The position numbers and the translations under genes were made by a program. DNA of 37,066 nt from Thermoplasmataceae archaeon (GTDB taxonomy: Archaea > Thermoplasmatota > Thermoplasmata > Thermoplasmatales > Thermoplasmataceae), in NCBI GenBank assembly GCA_046704325.1, contig JBJKSG010000013.1, forward strand, positions 1-37,066, written 5' to 3'. A model generated the notes under the pieces. That model did no database searches and was not told the origin of the DNA. It saw nothing but the letters and a program-made list of their open reading frames with translations. Every line of letters begins with the position of its first letter. Position 1 is the stretch's first letter. Positions 1 to 8,897 of the stretch are shown here, in pieces.

Positions 1-164
1 CTTCCGTATGAAAGACGTAGTGACTAAATAAACACTACATTGTATAAACATGTTTCGGTAGGATAGGCCATAATTCCGTATCGAACAGCGTAGTGTTCAA
101 AAGTGGTTAAAAAGATAGGTAATTAGATCATTGTGGAGCATTATTAAGCCACATCCATATCCAT

Positions 165-857
165 GTGAGGATGCCAGTTGAGGGAAAAGAGCAAGGAAAG
201 CGATCTGCAGCGCTGAAAGCTATCCAATACGTGAAACCGGGCATGCTTCTCGGATTAGGTACCGGGACTACGACGGCCTATTTTGTTGATATCCTCGGTG
301 AGCAAGTTGCCCAGGGCCTTAAGGTGAGGGGTATTCCAACATCCAGGGACACTGAGGACAGGGCCAGGAAACTTCGGATAGAGATAGCTTCTCGAATTGA
401 TGGTAGGATAGATATCGACTTTGACGGGGCAGATGAGGTTGATTCCATGGGAAACCTTGTAAAAGGCGGCGGTGGTGCACTTACGAGGGAGAAAATAGTT
501 GCAGAGAACAGCAGGAACTTCTTTGTCCTGGTAGATGAATCAAAGCTGACTAAAGGGAATCTCAAAAGAAGTAAGATCCCGGTTGAAGTGCTCCCCTTTC
601 TACATGAATCGACAGCCCGTAAGATATCCGCCCTCGCGAGAGATGTAATCCTTAGAGAAGGTTTCGTGACAGACAATGGAAATTACATCGTCGACTGTTA
701 CTTCAATGAAATTGAGAATCCTGCTGATTTAGAGAAGGAAATAAAAATGCTTCCGGGCGTGGTGGAAGTTGGTCTCTTTATCGGTCTGGCTTCAAAGATT
801 ATAGTTGGCAGGGAAGACGGAACCTCATACGAGATAAATACTGGATCTAACGCTTGA
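165..857 (+). CDS. rpiA: ribose-5-phosphate isomerase A
   Basis: 230 aa ORF with RpiA motifs (LGLGTGTT, DGADEVD, KGGGGALTREK). Start is probably the ATG at 171 (MPVEG...) rather than the GTG at 165. The 3' end overlaps the convergent ORF 847..1203 by 11 nt. Confidence 0.85.
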   Translation: MRMPVEGKEQGKRSAALKAIQYVKPGMLLGLGTGTTTAYFVDILGEQVAQGLKVRGIPTSRDTEDRARKLRIEIASRIDGRIDIDFDGADEVDSMGNLVKGGGGALTREKIVAENSRNFFVLVDESKLTKGNLKRSKIPVEVLPFLHESTARKISALARDVILREGFVTDNGNYIVDCYFNEIENPADLEKEIKMLPGVVEVGLFIGLASKIIVGREDGTSYEINTGSNA

Positions 858-1203
858 AACCCTTCAGTTTCTCGATCTTGCCGTTTATTTCGTCTATCTC
901 GGTTGAGAGATCCTGAATTATCTCCTCAAGAATTTCATTGAACCCCTTGGAGAGCTTATAACCATGAATGGGTCTTCCCTTTCCTTCCTTCTTCATGTTT
1001 CGCTTATTGACCCAACCGCGCCTGCGGAGCCACTGCATCGCTATCGAGACTTCCGGTTGCCTCAGACCAGTCTCCCTCTCGATCTCCACGCTTGTGATTT
1101 CTCCCTTGTCCCTGATATAAACGAGCGTGTAAGCCACGCTTCTAGGAATATCAGACAAGATAAGTGACCTTGCTAGCTTTTCTCCTTCTTCAGATATGGG
1201 CAC
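847..1203 (-). CDS. small winged helix-turn-helix transcriptional regulator (ArsR/MarR-like) with C-terminal coiled coil
   Basis: 118 aa. HTH-like segment VAYTLVYIRDKGEITSVEIERETGLRQPEVSIAMQWLRRRGWV followed by a wing (GKGRPIHGYKLS). An AT-rich promoter-like region lies at 1204-1260. Family assignment is uncertain. Confidence 0.55.
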   Translation of the reverse strand: MPISEEGEKLARSLILSDIPRSVAYTLVYIRDKGEITSVEIERETGLRQPEVSIAMQWLRRRGWVNKRNMKKEGKGRPIHGYKLSKGFNEILEEIIQDLSTEIDEINGKIEKLKGFKR

Positions 1204-1401
1204 AACGATCGAACCCTCAATATTATAATTATATAAATATTTAGCTTAAGCTATGATTTAAAAACTGCATGGGGAGTCACGCAGGGGTGTCTCCGTAGAT
1301 GCAGGACAGCGTGATGATGACCCTATGAAGTCAAGACATTCTTTTAACTTTTCCGTGATAGCTGCCCTAAAATAAAGGATGAGCAAATTTTCCCCTGAGA
1401 T

Positions 1402-1668
1402 CTATGCTTTCGAGAGGGCCTCGAGCTTGCTTATCAGGGTATAGAGAAATGTCCTGGCGTGAGCGGGAACATTAGGGTCGTTTGTGAGATCGTCAAGCGA
1501 AGAGACAACAGTCGCACATCTCAGATCAAGGCTCTGCTTCTTGTTTGACATCCTCGCTTTAGCATCAGCTGCGTGCTTCCTTACATTTTTTGGTATGGTA
1601 TTATCCTGCGATAGCTCATCGAGCAGGTACATTATTTCTTCAAACAGTTTTTCATCCATATTGCTCAC
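1402..1668 (-). CDS. UPF0147-family small conserved archaeal protein
   Basis: 88 aa, helical. Resembles the UPF0147 family as I recall it (..IPKNVRKHAADAKARM...LDDLTNDPNVPAHARTFLYTLISKLE). The GTG start at 1668 overlaps the stop of the upstream RAM-domain ORF in a GTGA arrangement; an alternative ATG is at 1659. Confidence 0.5.
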   Translation of the reverse strand: MSNMDEKLFEEIMYLLDELSQDNTIPKNVRKHAADAKARMSNKKQSLDLRCATVVSSLDDLTNDPNVPAHARTFLYTLISKLEALSKA

Positions 1669-2036
1669 TCCGGAAGTATCTTGCCCAGGTCTTTCATTGC
1701 CTGCAACACCATCATTGTCTTGATGGATCTGACACCGGGTATCTTGCTTAGCTCATCAACAAGAAATTCCTGCAGGGTCCAGAACTCTGGAAATCTTACT
1801 TTTAACAGTATATCGAAGTCCCCGGTCACTATAAATGCATCTTCTACGTAGTTATGGCCAATTACGCTCTTCGCTACTGTCTCGACCCTGTTAACGTCGG
1901 TTTCGATACCAATTAAAGCGGTAACGATTTTGTCCTTGTAGAATTTGTTGTATGCACTTTCGACATCCTGTGATTCCAGAGTCTACCACCTTGAAATCCG
2001 ATATGTCCTCGCGATATAACTAAGTTTACCTGTCAT
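1665..2036 (-). pseudogene. stand-alone RAM-domain (Lrp/AsnC C-terminal ligand-binding domain) gene without a clean ORF: an ATG at 2036 is followed by an in-frame TAG at 1985..1983; alternatively an ATG at 1966 in the -1 frame
   Basis: My manual translation of the minus strand 1982..1665 gives TLESQDVESAYNKFYKDKIVTALIGIETDVNRVETVAKSVIGHNYVEDAFIVTGDFDILLKVRFPEFWTLQEFLVDELSKIPGVRSIKTMMVLQAMKDLGKILPE*. This is a typical RAM-domain fold signature (b-a-b-b-a-b), as in stand-alone Lrp-like proteins. There is no ATG/GTG/TTG between the TAG and the domain core. The ORF is absent from the supplied track because it lacks a start codon. Its stop overlaps the start of the UPF0147 gene. Confidence 0.45.
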
Positions 2037-2102
2037 GGGGTGTGATACACAATTCTAAGAGCTATAAAGGTACCACAGATCAAGGTTGCCCCAAACTTTC
2101 AT

Positions 2103-2771
2103 TTGATGCTGCAATACTGGAATGAGATGAGATGCACAGCCTGCAATAACGAGATTTCTGAAAAAATGGTAACATGCCCAGTGTGTGGATCAGCCCTAAA
2201 ACCTGAAGATCAGACTATTGAAAGATGTGGCTTCGACGCAAATCAGGACCCATTGATGAACGCAGACTATCTTAAGGTAGTCAGGACTCAGGTCAAAGGT
2301 TTCCACGTGGAAGTTGAACTGCAGGCACAGAATGGATCGAAGCTCGGATCCGCGATGATGACTGTGAATTTCGCAAGTTCTGTCAACGTCGAGGTCAGGG
2401 GCAGTAATGACGATATCCTCCTCACCGTGATACCATGGTCGAGCTCTGCACTCGCAGCTGCGCAGATCATGAAGAACGACGCAGGTGATACCATTGCAGA
2501 GCTCGGCTACCTGAAGAAGCATAACGATACCCGCAGATTCAACGTGTTCCTGGATGGGGTCGAGAAGTTTTCCATCGGGGAAGAAAGAATTGCGTCGCAT
2601 TTCACTCTAAGAGATCTACAACAGAACCTTATTATTGACGCAAGACGCACGAAAAAGTTTTTCAAATGGCCATGGACTGATATTAACCTGAAATATCCTG
2701 AGGGTGTAGATAGAAGGATTCTTCTCGGTTCGATCTTGACTTTCGATGCAAAGCTCAGCTTGCAGATCTAA
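2103..2771 (+). CDS. hypothetical protein with N-terminal zinc ribbon (CTACN...CPVCG)
   Basis: 222 aa. CxxC-x17-CxxC at the N-terminus, then a domain of about 180 aa that I do not recognise. Transcribed divergently from the RAM-domain gene. A TATA-like gctataaagg sequence lies about 30 nt upstream. Confidence 0.5.
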   Translation: MMLQYWNEMRCTACNNEISEKMVTCPVCGSALKPEDQTIERCGFDANQDPLMNADYLKVVRTQVKGFHVEVELQAQNGSKLGSAMMTVNFASSVNVEVRGSNDDILLTVIPWSSSALAAAQIMKNDAGDTIAELGYLKKHNDTRRFNVFLDGVEKFSIGEERIASHFTLRDLQQNLIIDARRTKKFFKWPWTDINLKYPEGVDRRILLGSILTFDAKLSLQI

Positions 2772-2938
2772 AGTTCGAATCTTATACTGTTGAAAATGCA
2801 TGTTGGAGGTGTTCAATTGGTATATCTATCGGGTCAAAGATCACCGCAGTTGGATATTATTCCCTGCAACTCTGTCTGATGAATACAATGATGCAAATTA
2901 TATGCCCGCTTAATGCTCAATTCACCCCATACTTAGGC

Positions 2939-5900
2939 CTACTCTTTTCCAAGGTGAACTTTATCCTCTATCTTCGATGGCCACCAGTTATATTTCTTGA
3001 GATAGAGCATTACCACGGGAACAAAGAATGGCCAGCTCACGAATGTATCTATAATGACTCCGAGGGCTAGTCCGAGTCCTATTTCATACATTATCGGTAT
3101 CCCAGTGAACGAAAGAGAAATAAACGTGACAAATAGAAGTAGCCCAAGAGTGATAATTACACCGCCGTTTTCCTCTATCGTCTTTGTAATTGCCGCTTCA
3201 GTAGTTTCACCCTTGATCATTTCTTCCCTGACCCGCGTGATCATGAATATGTCATAATCAAGACCCACTGCAAGAAGCGTTATGACTACGAAGATTGGCA
3301 GGAAAATTATCAGTGCAAAATGCATGAGTGAATTGATTATGAAATAAGTGAAGGCCAGGGAGATAACCACTGCAAGCAGAACCATTATTATCAGTCGTAC
3401 TGGTGTGAATATTGCATAGAGCTGGACAAAGAGAACGGCGAATATTGCCGCTATTAGAATTGGGAGCGAAACCAGGAATGTAGATGATGCATAGCTGAAT
3501 ACATCGCTTATTCCCTGGGAAGTACCGCCCATATAGTAAGTGAAAGCATAGCTCCCCTCAAGTGAAGACAGATTATTGTCAATGTTCTTTGTTACAGCAG
3601 AACTGATCGGAGCCCATGCAAGACTCTTCATGGTTATCTGGATCTGGGCATAATTGCTGCTGTTGCCGATGAAAGTAAGCATCTGGTTCAGATATATCTG
3701 CGTATACGCAGAAGAGACGTTTGAAAGATTGTACGGAACCTGATACCCGAAGGGGTATGTCGGGCCCTGAATAGCGGCAACGCCGGGTTGATTGATTATC
3801 GTGCCCTCGATCGCGTTCAGTGCGGTCATTTCATTAGCATTGAAAGTAATGTTTCCGGAAACATTTGTATAGATAGGCGACGAAAACTCAACAATTACAT
3901 AATTCCGGTCCAGGGTATCGCCGCCAAAAGTGTAATTGACTCCCTGAACAATGTTTGTAGCCTCATTGGAGGGCAGAAGTGCAAAGACATCCAGCCCGGT
4001 CGCCGTGGTCTCATAGAATAATATGCATACTATTGAAACAGCCGAAAGGATGAGGAGGAGTTTCTTCTTGTTGTTAACGGAGAAATGCGCAACTCTGCGC
4101 ATCGCTCCCTCGAGAGGGATCTTTCCCTGGAGAGAAATCTTGGTTGGCCAGAATATTTTCGTTCCAGATCTCGATAGCATTGCGATCAGGAGCGTATTTG
4201 CCAGGAATATTGTTATAGCAACTCCTATCGCGTTAGTTAAACCGGAATCGCTGAATATCGGGATATCAGAAAGCCACAGCACCAGATAGGCGAGAGCGAC
4301 CGTCAGTCCAGAAGTGAATACTGCATGTCCCGACCATTTTGCTGAGATTGCAGCTGCTTCAGGATTACCGCTCTTCAGTTCTCTCCTGTACCTGGCCATA
4401 ATGTAGACCATGTAGTCCGTTGTAAGTCCCAGGACAAGAATTAACAGCAACGTCGGCGTGATGAATGAGACCTGAGTGTGAAAAACATACTTGTAAAGTA
4501 TCCCATTTATTCCCATCGAAATTATAGCAGAAAACAGAAACATCATCAGGGGCAGAAAAGCCGCTATCGGTGATTTGAAAAATATTCCAATCAGAAGGAT
4601 GGATAGTGAAATTCCAATAGCCAGGGCAATTATCAGGCCATTTGTAAACTGATTGCTGACTTCATTTGACTGTGCATTGCTGGTAGTATAGAGGAGCTGA
4701 AGACCATTAATATCTCCAAGGAATGAGTTTGAATGGTTTGTAATACCGTTAACGGTTGCCTGGCTTACGTTACTGCTGAAACTCAGTATGATCAACATTG
4801 ACGAAAACCCATTTCCAACAAGTGAGGATCTCAGGTATTGCGTTGGAACAAGTGGCTGTTCAGCCAAGGTAAAATTGTTGAACCACTGGTTTGTCACCTG
4901 TGAAGTTGAATTACCCAGTAAAGCGCTAAGGAAAGGGACTATCGTTGCATTGTTAATTCTGTACGCAGGATTACTTGAGAATAGATTCACGCTAGAATTT
5001 GCGACCAGTTTAACGGCAAATCCGGAGAGACTCCCAGGTAACGGGTTGATACTCAAGTTGTATACGTTGCGGGTAAATGTGTAGGCACCAATGCCCAGCG
5101 CGTTCAACAGCTGGATGGATTCTGGAGCCTGTAATCCAGAAGAGACGGTCAGAAGCGATGTCTTCTCTAAGAAGGCGTTTACTTCTGCTGGATTCAAAAA
5201 ACCGAAGAGCGAGAAGTTAGCATTTACTGATAACATCTCGCCATAAAGAGAGAAAAGAGTGGTATTGTTTTTCGCTGAAACGTACTCCGCAAGCGGGTTC
5301 AATCCTGGCAGTGAGGAATGGACTGAAGAATTCATACTGTATATGCTGTTGTTCAGGTTGTTATCAACACTCAGAGTTGCATTCCAGTAAGGAATGAATG
5401 TATTCAGGTATGCAAGCTGGAAACCAGGTATTCCATTTGAATTATTCTGAAGAGAGAGCATCGATGAATAGTTGGAGTAGCAGTTAGAATTTGCAAGAGT
5501 TGAATTATTGCCATTGATGGAATAGGCTTGAGAATAAGCTTGAACGTACTGAAGTGGAAACCCGTATTCAATCCCCAGGGTTTCATTGAGTAATTCCCCA
5601 TAAGCTGCTAATCCGCTAGCTGTTGACTGGACAAGCTGGTAAGTACCGTTGAGTTCGGGTGCAATAGAAGTCGCGTAAGTAGAAATTGCGGTATTCATTT
5701 CCGACGTGATTGAATCTATTCCAGTGAAGGAACTGTTTGTAGATAGATAAGAGGAGAGCGAACTCTGAAGGTTCAGCATTGTATGATAGTTGCTGATATT
5801 TCCAATGTAAGTGTTATTCGCGAAAATAACCACCTGATCTGCTGCGCTACTATTGGTCCCAGAACTTCCAAATTCCTGGTTAAGTAAGTTTTGAGCCTGA

Positions 5901-6094
5901 TTAGACATAGAGTTTTTGGAGACAATATTGCTGGCTATGTTGAAGTTTACATTCTGGAAAAATACAATTGAAAAAGGGGCAAATACGACAAGAATAGCAA
6001 TCCAGATGATGATAACCTTGCCACTGTTCTTTGAGATCTTTCTCCCTAGCTTCTGAAAGACATTTTCGAACACAGTCCGCTTCCCAATCCGCAT
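2939..6094 (-). CDS. MMPL/RND-superfamily membrane transporter-like protein with large N/S-rich, sequon-dense extracellular domains
   Basis: 1051 aa. It has two TM bundles separated by soluble domains: one N-terminal TM plus a very large Asn/Ser/Thr-rich ectodomain, a central bundle (MMFLFSAIISMGINGILY...LTTDYMVYIMARYRREL), and a second ectodomain and bundle (VISLAFTYFIINSLMHF...LDYDIFMITRVREEM). This is typical of MMPL/SSD-type RND exporters. Dozens of N-x-S/T sequons occur. Confidence 0.7.
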   Translation of the reverse strand: MRIGKRTVFENVFQKLGRKISKNSGKVIIIWIAILVVFAPFSIVFFQNVNFNIASNIVSKNSMSNQAQNLLNQEFGSSGTNSSAADQVVIFANNTYIGNISNYHTMLNLQSSLSSYLSTNSSFTGIDSITSEMNTAISTYATSIAPELNGTYQLVQSTASGLAAYGELLNETLGIEYGFPLQYVQAYSQAYSINGNNSTLANSNCYSNYSSMLSLQNNSNGIPGFQLAYLNTFIPYWNATLSVDNNLNNSIYSMNSSVHSSLPGLNPLAEYVSAKNNTTLFSLYGEMLSVNANFSLFGFLNPAEVNAFLEKTSLLTVSSGLQAPESIQLLNALGIGAYTFTRNVYNLSINPLPGSLSGFAVKLVANSSVNLFSSNPAYRINNATIVPFLSALLGNSTSQVTNQWFNNFTLAEQPLVPTQYLRSSLVGNGFSSMLIILSFSSNVSQATVNGITNHSNSFLGDINGLQLLYTTSNAQSNEVSNQFTNGLIIALAIGISLSILLIGIFFKSPIAAFLPLMMFLFSAIISMGINGILYKYVFHTQVSFITPTLLLILVLGLTTDYMVYIMARYRRELKSGNPEAAAISAKWSGHAVFTSGLTVALAYLVLWLSDIPIFSDSGLTNAIGVAITIFLANTLLIAMLSRSGTKIFWPTKISLQGKIPLEGAMRRVAHFSVNNKKKLLLILSAVSIVCILFYETTATGLDVFALLPSNEATNIVQGVNYTFGGDTLDRNYVIVEFSSPIYTNVSGNITFNANEMTALNAIEGTIINQPGVAAIQGPTYPFGYQVPYNLSNVSSAYTQIYLNQMLTFIGNSSNYAQIQITMKSLAWAPISSAVTKNIDNNLSSLEGSYAFTYYMGGTSQGISDVFSYASSTFLVSLPILIAAIFAVLFVQLYAIFTPVRLIIMVLLAVVISLAFTYFIINSLMHFALIIFLPIFVVITLLAVGLDYDIFMITRVREEMIKGETTEAAITKTIEENGGVIITLGLLLFVTFISLSFTGIPIMYEIGLGLALGVIIDTFVSWPFFVPVVMLYLKKYNWWPSKIEDKVHLGKE

Positions 6095-6175
6095 TATACT
6101 ATGTTATTTAATTTCAATGGATTACTTTGCAGGTTGCAGGCAGACCGCTTCAGAAACGAAAAAGTACTTTGAAGA

Positions 6176-6183
6176 TTTATAAA
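6176..6183 (+). promoter_or_regulatory. TATA-box-like element upstream of tRNA-Tyr
   Basis: tttataaa is centred about 28 nt upstream of tRNA position 1 (6208), the usual archaeal TATA-to-TSS spacing. Confidence 0.4.
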
Positions 6184-6207
6184 GGAAGGATAGATTCCCT
6201 TCGCAAA

Positions 6208-6309
6208 CCCGGCTTAGCTCAGTTGGTAGAGCGGCGGACTGTAGAGGATTTCCATTGAAGGATTGCCGCCGTAATCCGCAGGTCTCTGGTTCGAATCCGG
6301 AAGCCGGGA
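6208..6309 (+). tRNA. tRNA-Tyr (anticodon GUA) with a 29-nt intron at the canonical 37/38 position; CCA not encoded
   Basis: Folded by hand. 7-bp acceptor stem CCCGGCT/AGCCGGG with C1:G72, the archaeal/eukaryal tRNA-Tyr identity pair. D-arm GCTC-AGTTGGTA-GAGC. Anticodon stem GCGGA/TCCGC with loop CUGUAGA (anticodon GUA). Intron about 6245-6273 (aggatttccattgaaggattgccgccgta), whose 3' part ccgccg can pair with cggcgg of the anticodon stem (BHB-like). Variable loop AGGTC. T-arm TCTGG-TTCGAAT-CCGGA. Discriminator A. Mature length 73 nt. Confidence 0.85.
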
Positions 6310-6808
6310 TTTCTAACATGATTCGGTACCTACCATAGTGTAGGAACCAGAATCATATTCGGCTCAAATGGTTGAAATATATTTTTCCTACGTTAAACGG
6401 GCGGGTTTTGTTTTTTCTTAATGCAAGAGTTTACCCCTTATCAGTCCGCTCATTTTCTCAAGTTGAATTTCCATGAAAATAGGTAGAGACTTTCCATTAT
6501 AGCAATCCGTCATGGACATTGCGGTTAAACCTTCCGTCCTTTGCCGCCATAGGGCCCATTCTATGGCGATCATCTGCCGTTATTTCGTTTACGAATAAAG
6601 TGATAGAGAGTGTTAAAATTTCTGCTTCTACAATCTAAAAGTAAGATGGTGTAATAATCATTACATCATAGAGATACTTGATCCCGAAACGCCGAAAATT
6701 TCACTGACCAGGGCATATTTTGATGTAAGATATCTAACGGCTAACGACTGGCATAGAATTGTGCAAAATGTTTATATCTCCCCAAACATGCAAATTTAGG
6801 TCAAGAAA

Positions 6809-7936
6809 ATGCATAAGACGTCTGTCAGTCGATTGCAACCTTTTCTATCGATGTCCAAATATTTTGTTGCTTTTGCAACAATGATATTGATCCCTGGACT
6901 TTTCTTAGGTACGTTTAACCAACTCAATTCAGCGCCGAATAACAGCATGCAACTAGCAGTCACCAACGAATCAGCCCACCAGGGTGATTTGCAACTGCCA
7001 TCGACAATTAATAAACTTAATCTTCTACTTAAGCAAGACTTTACTTCATGGTCAAAAAGAAACAAGGTCCAAGTACCATATAACCAGAATGCAAGGATGG
7101 AAGTGTTCGACAGATTTCTGAATAGCAGCAACTATGACGCACAAGCGATGAATAAGTTGACCAGGCTTCAAGAGCAGTCGTTTGGCCTTCAAAATCCGAC
7201 AAAGGCTTCGCAAAATGCATACGTGATTAACCACAGCAAACCTACCGTTATTGGATCCGAAGCTTTCTCTTTGCATGGTCAAAATTACACTGTACTGAAG
7301 GTCAACTACACTCTGCAAGCAAATAACTCTGAAAATATAGTTTCTGCAGCTGTTGTAAGATCTCAAAATGGAAGCCAAATCATTGATCCTCTTGTAGCTG
7401 CTCGGATCGATTATTTATCTGCGTGGCTGATAGGCACATATGGGGAAGTAGATTATATTTACCAGAATTACTTCTATGACACAGTTTCTTTCACGGGAAC
7501 TAATTTAAACGAAGCCTATGCTTATTATGCCGTTTTGCAAGCAATCCAACTTGGTGAGCTTAGTGTAGCTTTCGTTTCAGGTATAGTAGCTTACATGGCA
7601 TCCATATTAGGATTGTCCCTTTGGGTTTTTACTGCGGGATGGGATGCGGCGGATACGACAATCATGCTTCAGACATATGAAAAAGCTTACAATGCCGATT
7701 TGGGGACTGGATACGTTCCAACGGCACTTCAAAATGATTATCTCTACACATGGTACTTTGGAGTTTTGACCGGTAATGGGTGGGGAATACATGTATATGT
7801 GGACGGAACAGGATGGGAAAACGGCCTGATCCCAATGGCATTTAGTGGAATAGATTCAGTTCATCTTTCTAACATTGCGCATTCCTTTGTTAATGAATAT
7901 GGAAATCAGTGCATCTGGCTGGGGGCATACCAGTAG
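6809..7936 (+). CDS. hypothetical secreted/membrane-anchored protein
   Basis: 375 aa. N-terminal hydrophobic signal/anchor (FVAFATMILIPGLFLGTF) and a hydrophobic segment near residue 250. No recognisable catalytic motifs. An alternative ATG is at 6851. The gene appears by eye to sit in lower-GC sequence downstream of the tRNA (not computed). Confidence 0.45.
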   Translation: MHKTSVSRLQPFLSMSKYFVAFATMILIPGLFLGTFNQLNSAPNNSMQLAVTNESAHQGDLQLPSTINKLNLLLKQDFTSWSKRNKVQVPYNQNARMEVFDRFLNSSNYDAQAMNKLTRLQEQSFGLQNPTKASQNAYVINHSKPTVIGSEAFSLHGQNYTVLKVNYTLQANNSENIVSAAVVRSQNGSQIIDPLVAARIDYLSAWLIGTYGEVDYIYQNYFYDTVSFTGTNLNEAYAYYAVLQAIQLGELSVAFVSGIVAYMASILGLSLWVFTAGWDAADTTIMLQTYEKAYNADLGTGYVPTALQNDYLYTWYFGVLTGNGWGIHVYVDGTGWENGLIPMAFSGIDSVHLSNIAHSFVNEYGNQCIWLGAYQ

Positions 7937-7939
7937 GGG

Positions 7940-8527
7940 TTGATCCGTATTTCGATTGTTTTAATTTTGATATTGCTCTGGATTTTGACTTTGGTACCAG
8001 GGATAATTTATGTTTCTCTAGAAATCAAGAGACTGCGTCGAACAAGACTTTCAATGGTTTCCTTCCCTGTATCTTCATTAGGGGGATATGTTGTAATAGC
8101 TGCATATGAAAGTATTACCAACATCAATAATGTCAACTACCACTTTACGTCCTTTTTTTTCTATCTTGCAACCGCAGGTTTTATTGTTATGACAGTTGCA
8201 TATATTGCGGTTGAATTATCTATTCGTCTTCATATAGAACTCCAAGGTAATATGGTTAAACCCAAAGTTTTCAGGAATAAGCATAAAAGCGTTAAAGCCC
8301 CGTTGGAAACAGATGATGAAATTATAAAGAATGAGAGGTACCTGCGTTTCGCATTCATGTTATCCCTTATAGCTTGGCTCTCATTATATGGATTCCGCTA
8401 TCTAAATCTTATTCCAGATGACTTCCTTTATAGCGGGGCTTTATTGCCGTCAGTTGCGTTGTTCACGATATTATTCTTCCTTTTCTGGGTTCTTTACTAT
8501 TTCTCATCAAGAAGAGTCAGGCATTGA
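7940..8527 (+). CDS. hypothetical integral membrane protein (about 4 TM)
   Basis: 195 aa. Starts 4 nt after the preceding stop, so probably co-transcribed. Four strongly hydrophobic helices (ISIVLILILLWILTLVPGIIYV, FFFYLATAGFIVMTVAYIAV, LSLIAWLSLYGF, PSVALFTILFFLFWVLYYF). Confidence 0.45.
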   Translation: MIRISIVLILILLWILTLVPGIIYVSLEIKRLRRTRLSMVSFPVSSLGGYVVIAAYESITNINNVNYHFTSFFFYLATAGFIVMTVAYIAVELSIRLHIELQGNMVKPKVFRNKHKSVKAPLETDDEIIKNERYLRFAFMLSLIAWLSLYGFRYLNLIPDDFLYSGALLPSVALFTILFFLFWVLYYFSSRRVRH

Positions 8528-8897
8528 TTGATAATATTTCTTAGGATATCCAGCCTCGTTTGCCTTCATTTATGGAAATAAACCTAATCCTAACTTCACC
8601 TCAGTTTTAAACTGTGATTACTGGGCGACAAAGTGTTTTACCGCATCTTGCATTACAAAAGTGTTCAGAAATGCAATGTTTTTATTATGAGGGCCATCAG
8701 AAGTACCTGCACATCGGCGATTACAGTAATGGGAGGGTGAAACGCAAAACAATAGTAAATAAATTCCCCCTCCTTAACGTCAATAAAATATATTTTTATG
8801 ATTGATTGTGCTTTTGAAGCTTCACTCAGGCCAAGCCGGAGCATGAACCCTATCATTGAAACAAGAACCCAAGGAATTCCGATCTCGCGACATGGAT

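Noticed and set aside
278-676. 132-aa minus-strand ORF inside rpiA, and similar shadow ORFs (964..1167, 1484..1723, 2196..2600, 12474..12695, 13597..14145, 30194..30556, 31406..32039, 32349..32684).
   Set aside because: Each lies fully within and antisense to, or out of frame with, a gene with strong homology-based support. None has independent motifs.
1983-1985. In-frame TAG in the RAM-domain gene as a possible pyrrolysine or readthrough codon.
   Set aside because: TAG is used as an ordinary stop elsewhere in the window (for example 7934-7936). No Pyl machinery is visible. Thermoplasmatales are not known to recode UAG. Pseudogene, frameshift or sequencing error is more parsimonious.
3054-5084. 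Several 60-100 aa ORFs on the + strand inside the MMPL gene (3054..3257, 3788..4021, 4023..4289, 4788..5084).
   Set aside because: All are antisense to a long, clearly coding 1051-aa ORF. They have no motifs, and their composition reflects the complementary strand of N/S-rich codons.
6545-6568. 8-bp inverted repeat cgccatag-N8-ctatggcg and a G-rich/T-tract motif (cgggcggg ttttgttttttc at about 6398-6420) in the post-tRNA spacer.
   Set aside because: They could be terminator or regulatory elements, but they are short and isolated. Without comparative data they are not distinguishable from chance.
8528-8897. 370-bp convergent intergenic region with small ORFs (8614..8805 +, 8665..8856 -) and short inverted repeats (TTGCATT...AATGCAA; GGAGGG...CCCTCC).
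   Set aside because: The ORFs are low-complexity, mutually overlapping and lack starts in sensible context. The inverted repeats are short (6-7 bp) with long spacers. Most likely terminator or spacer DNA; a small RNA cannot be excluded but nothing supports it.
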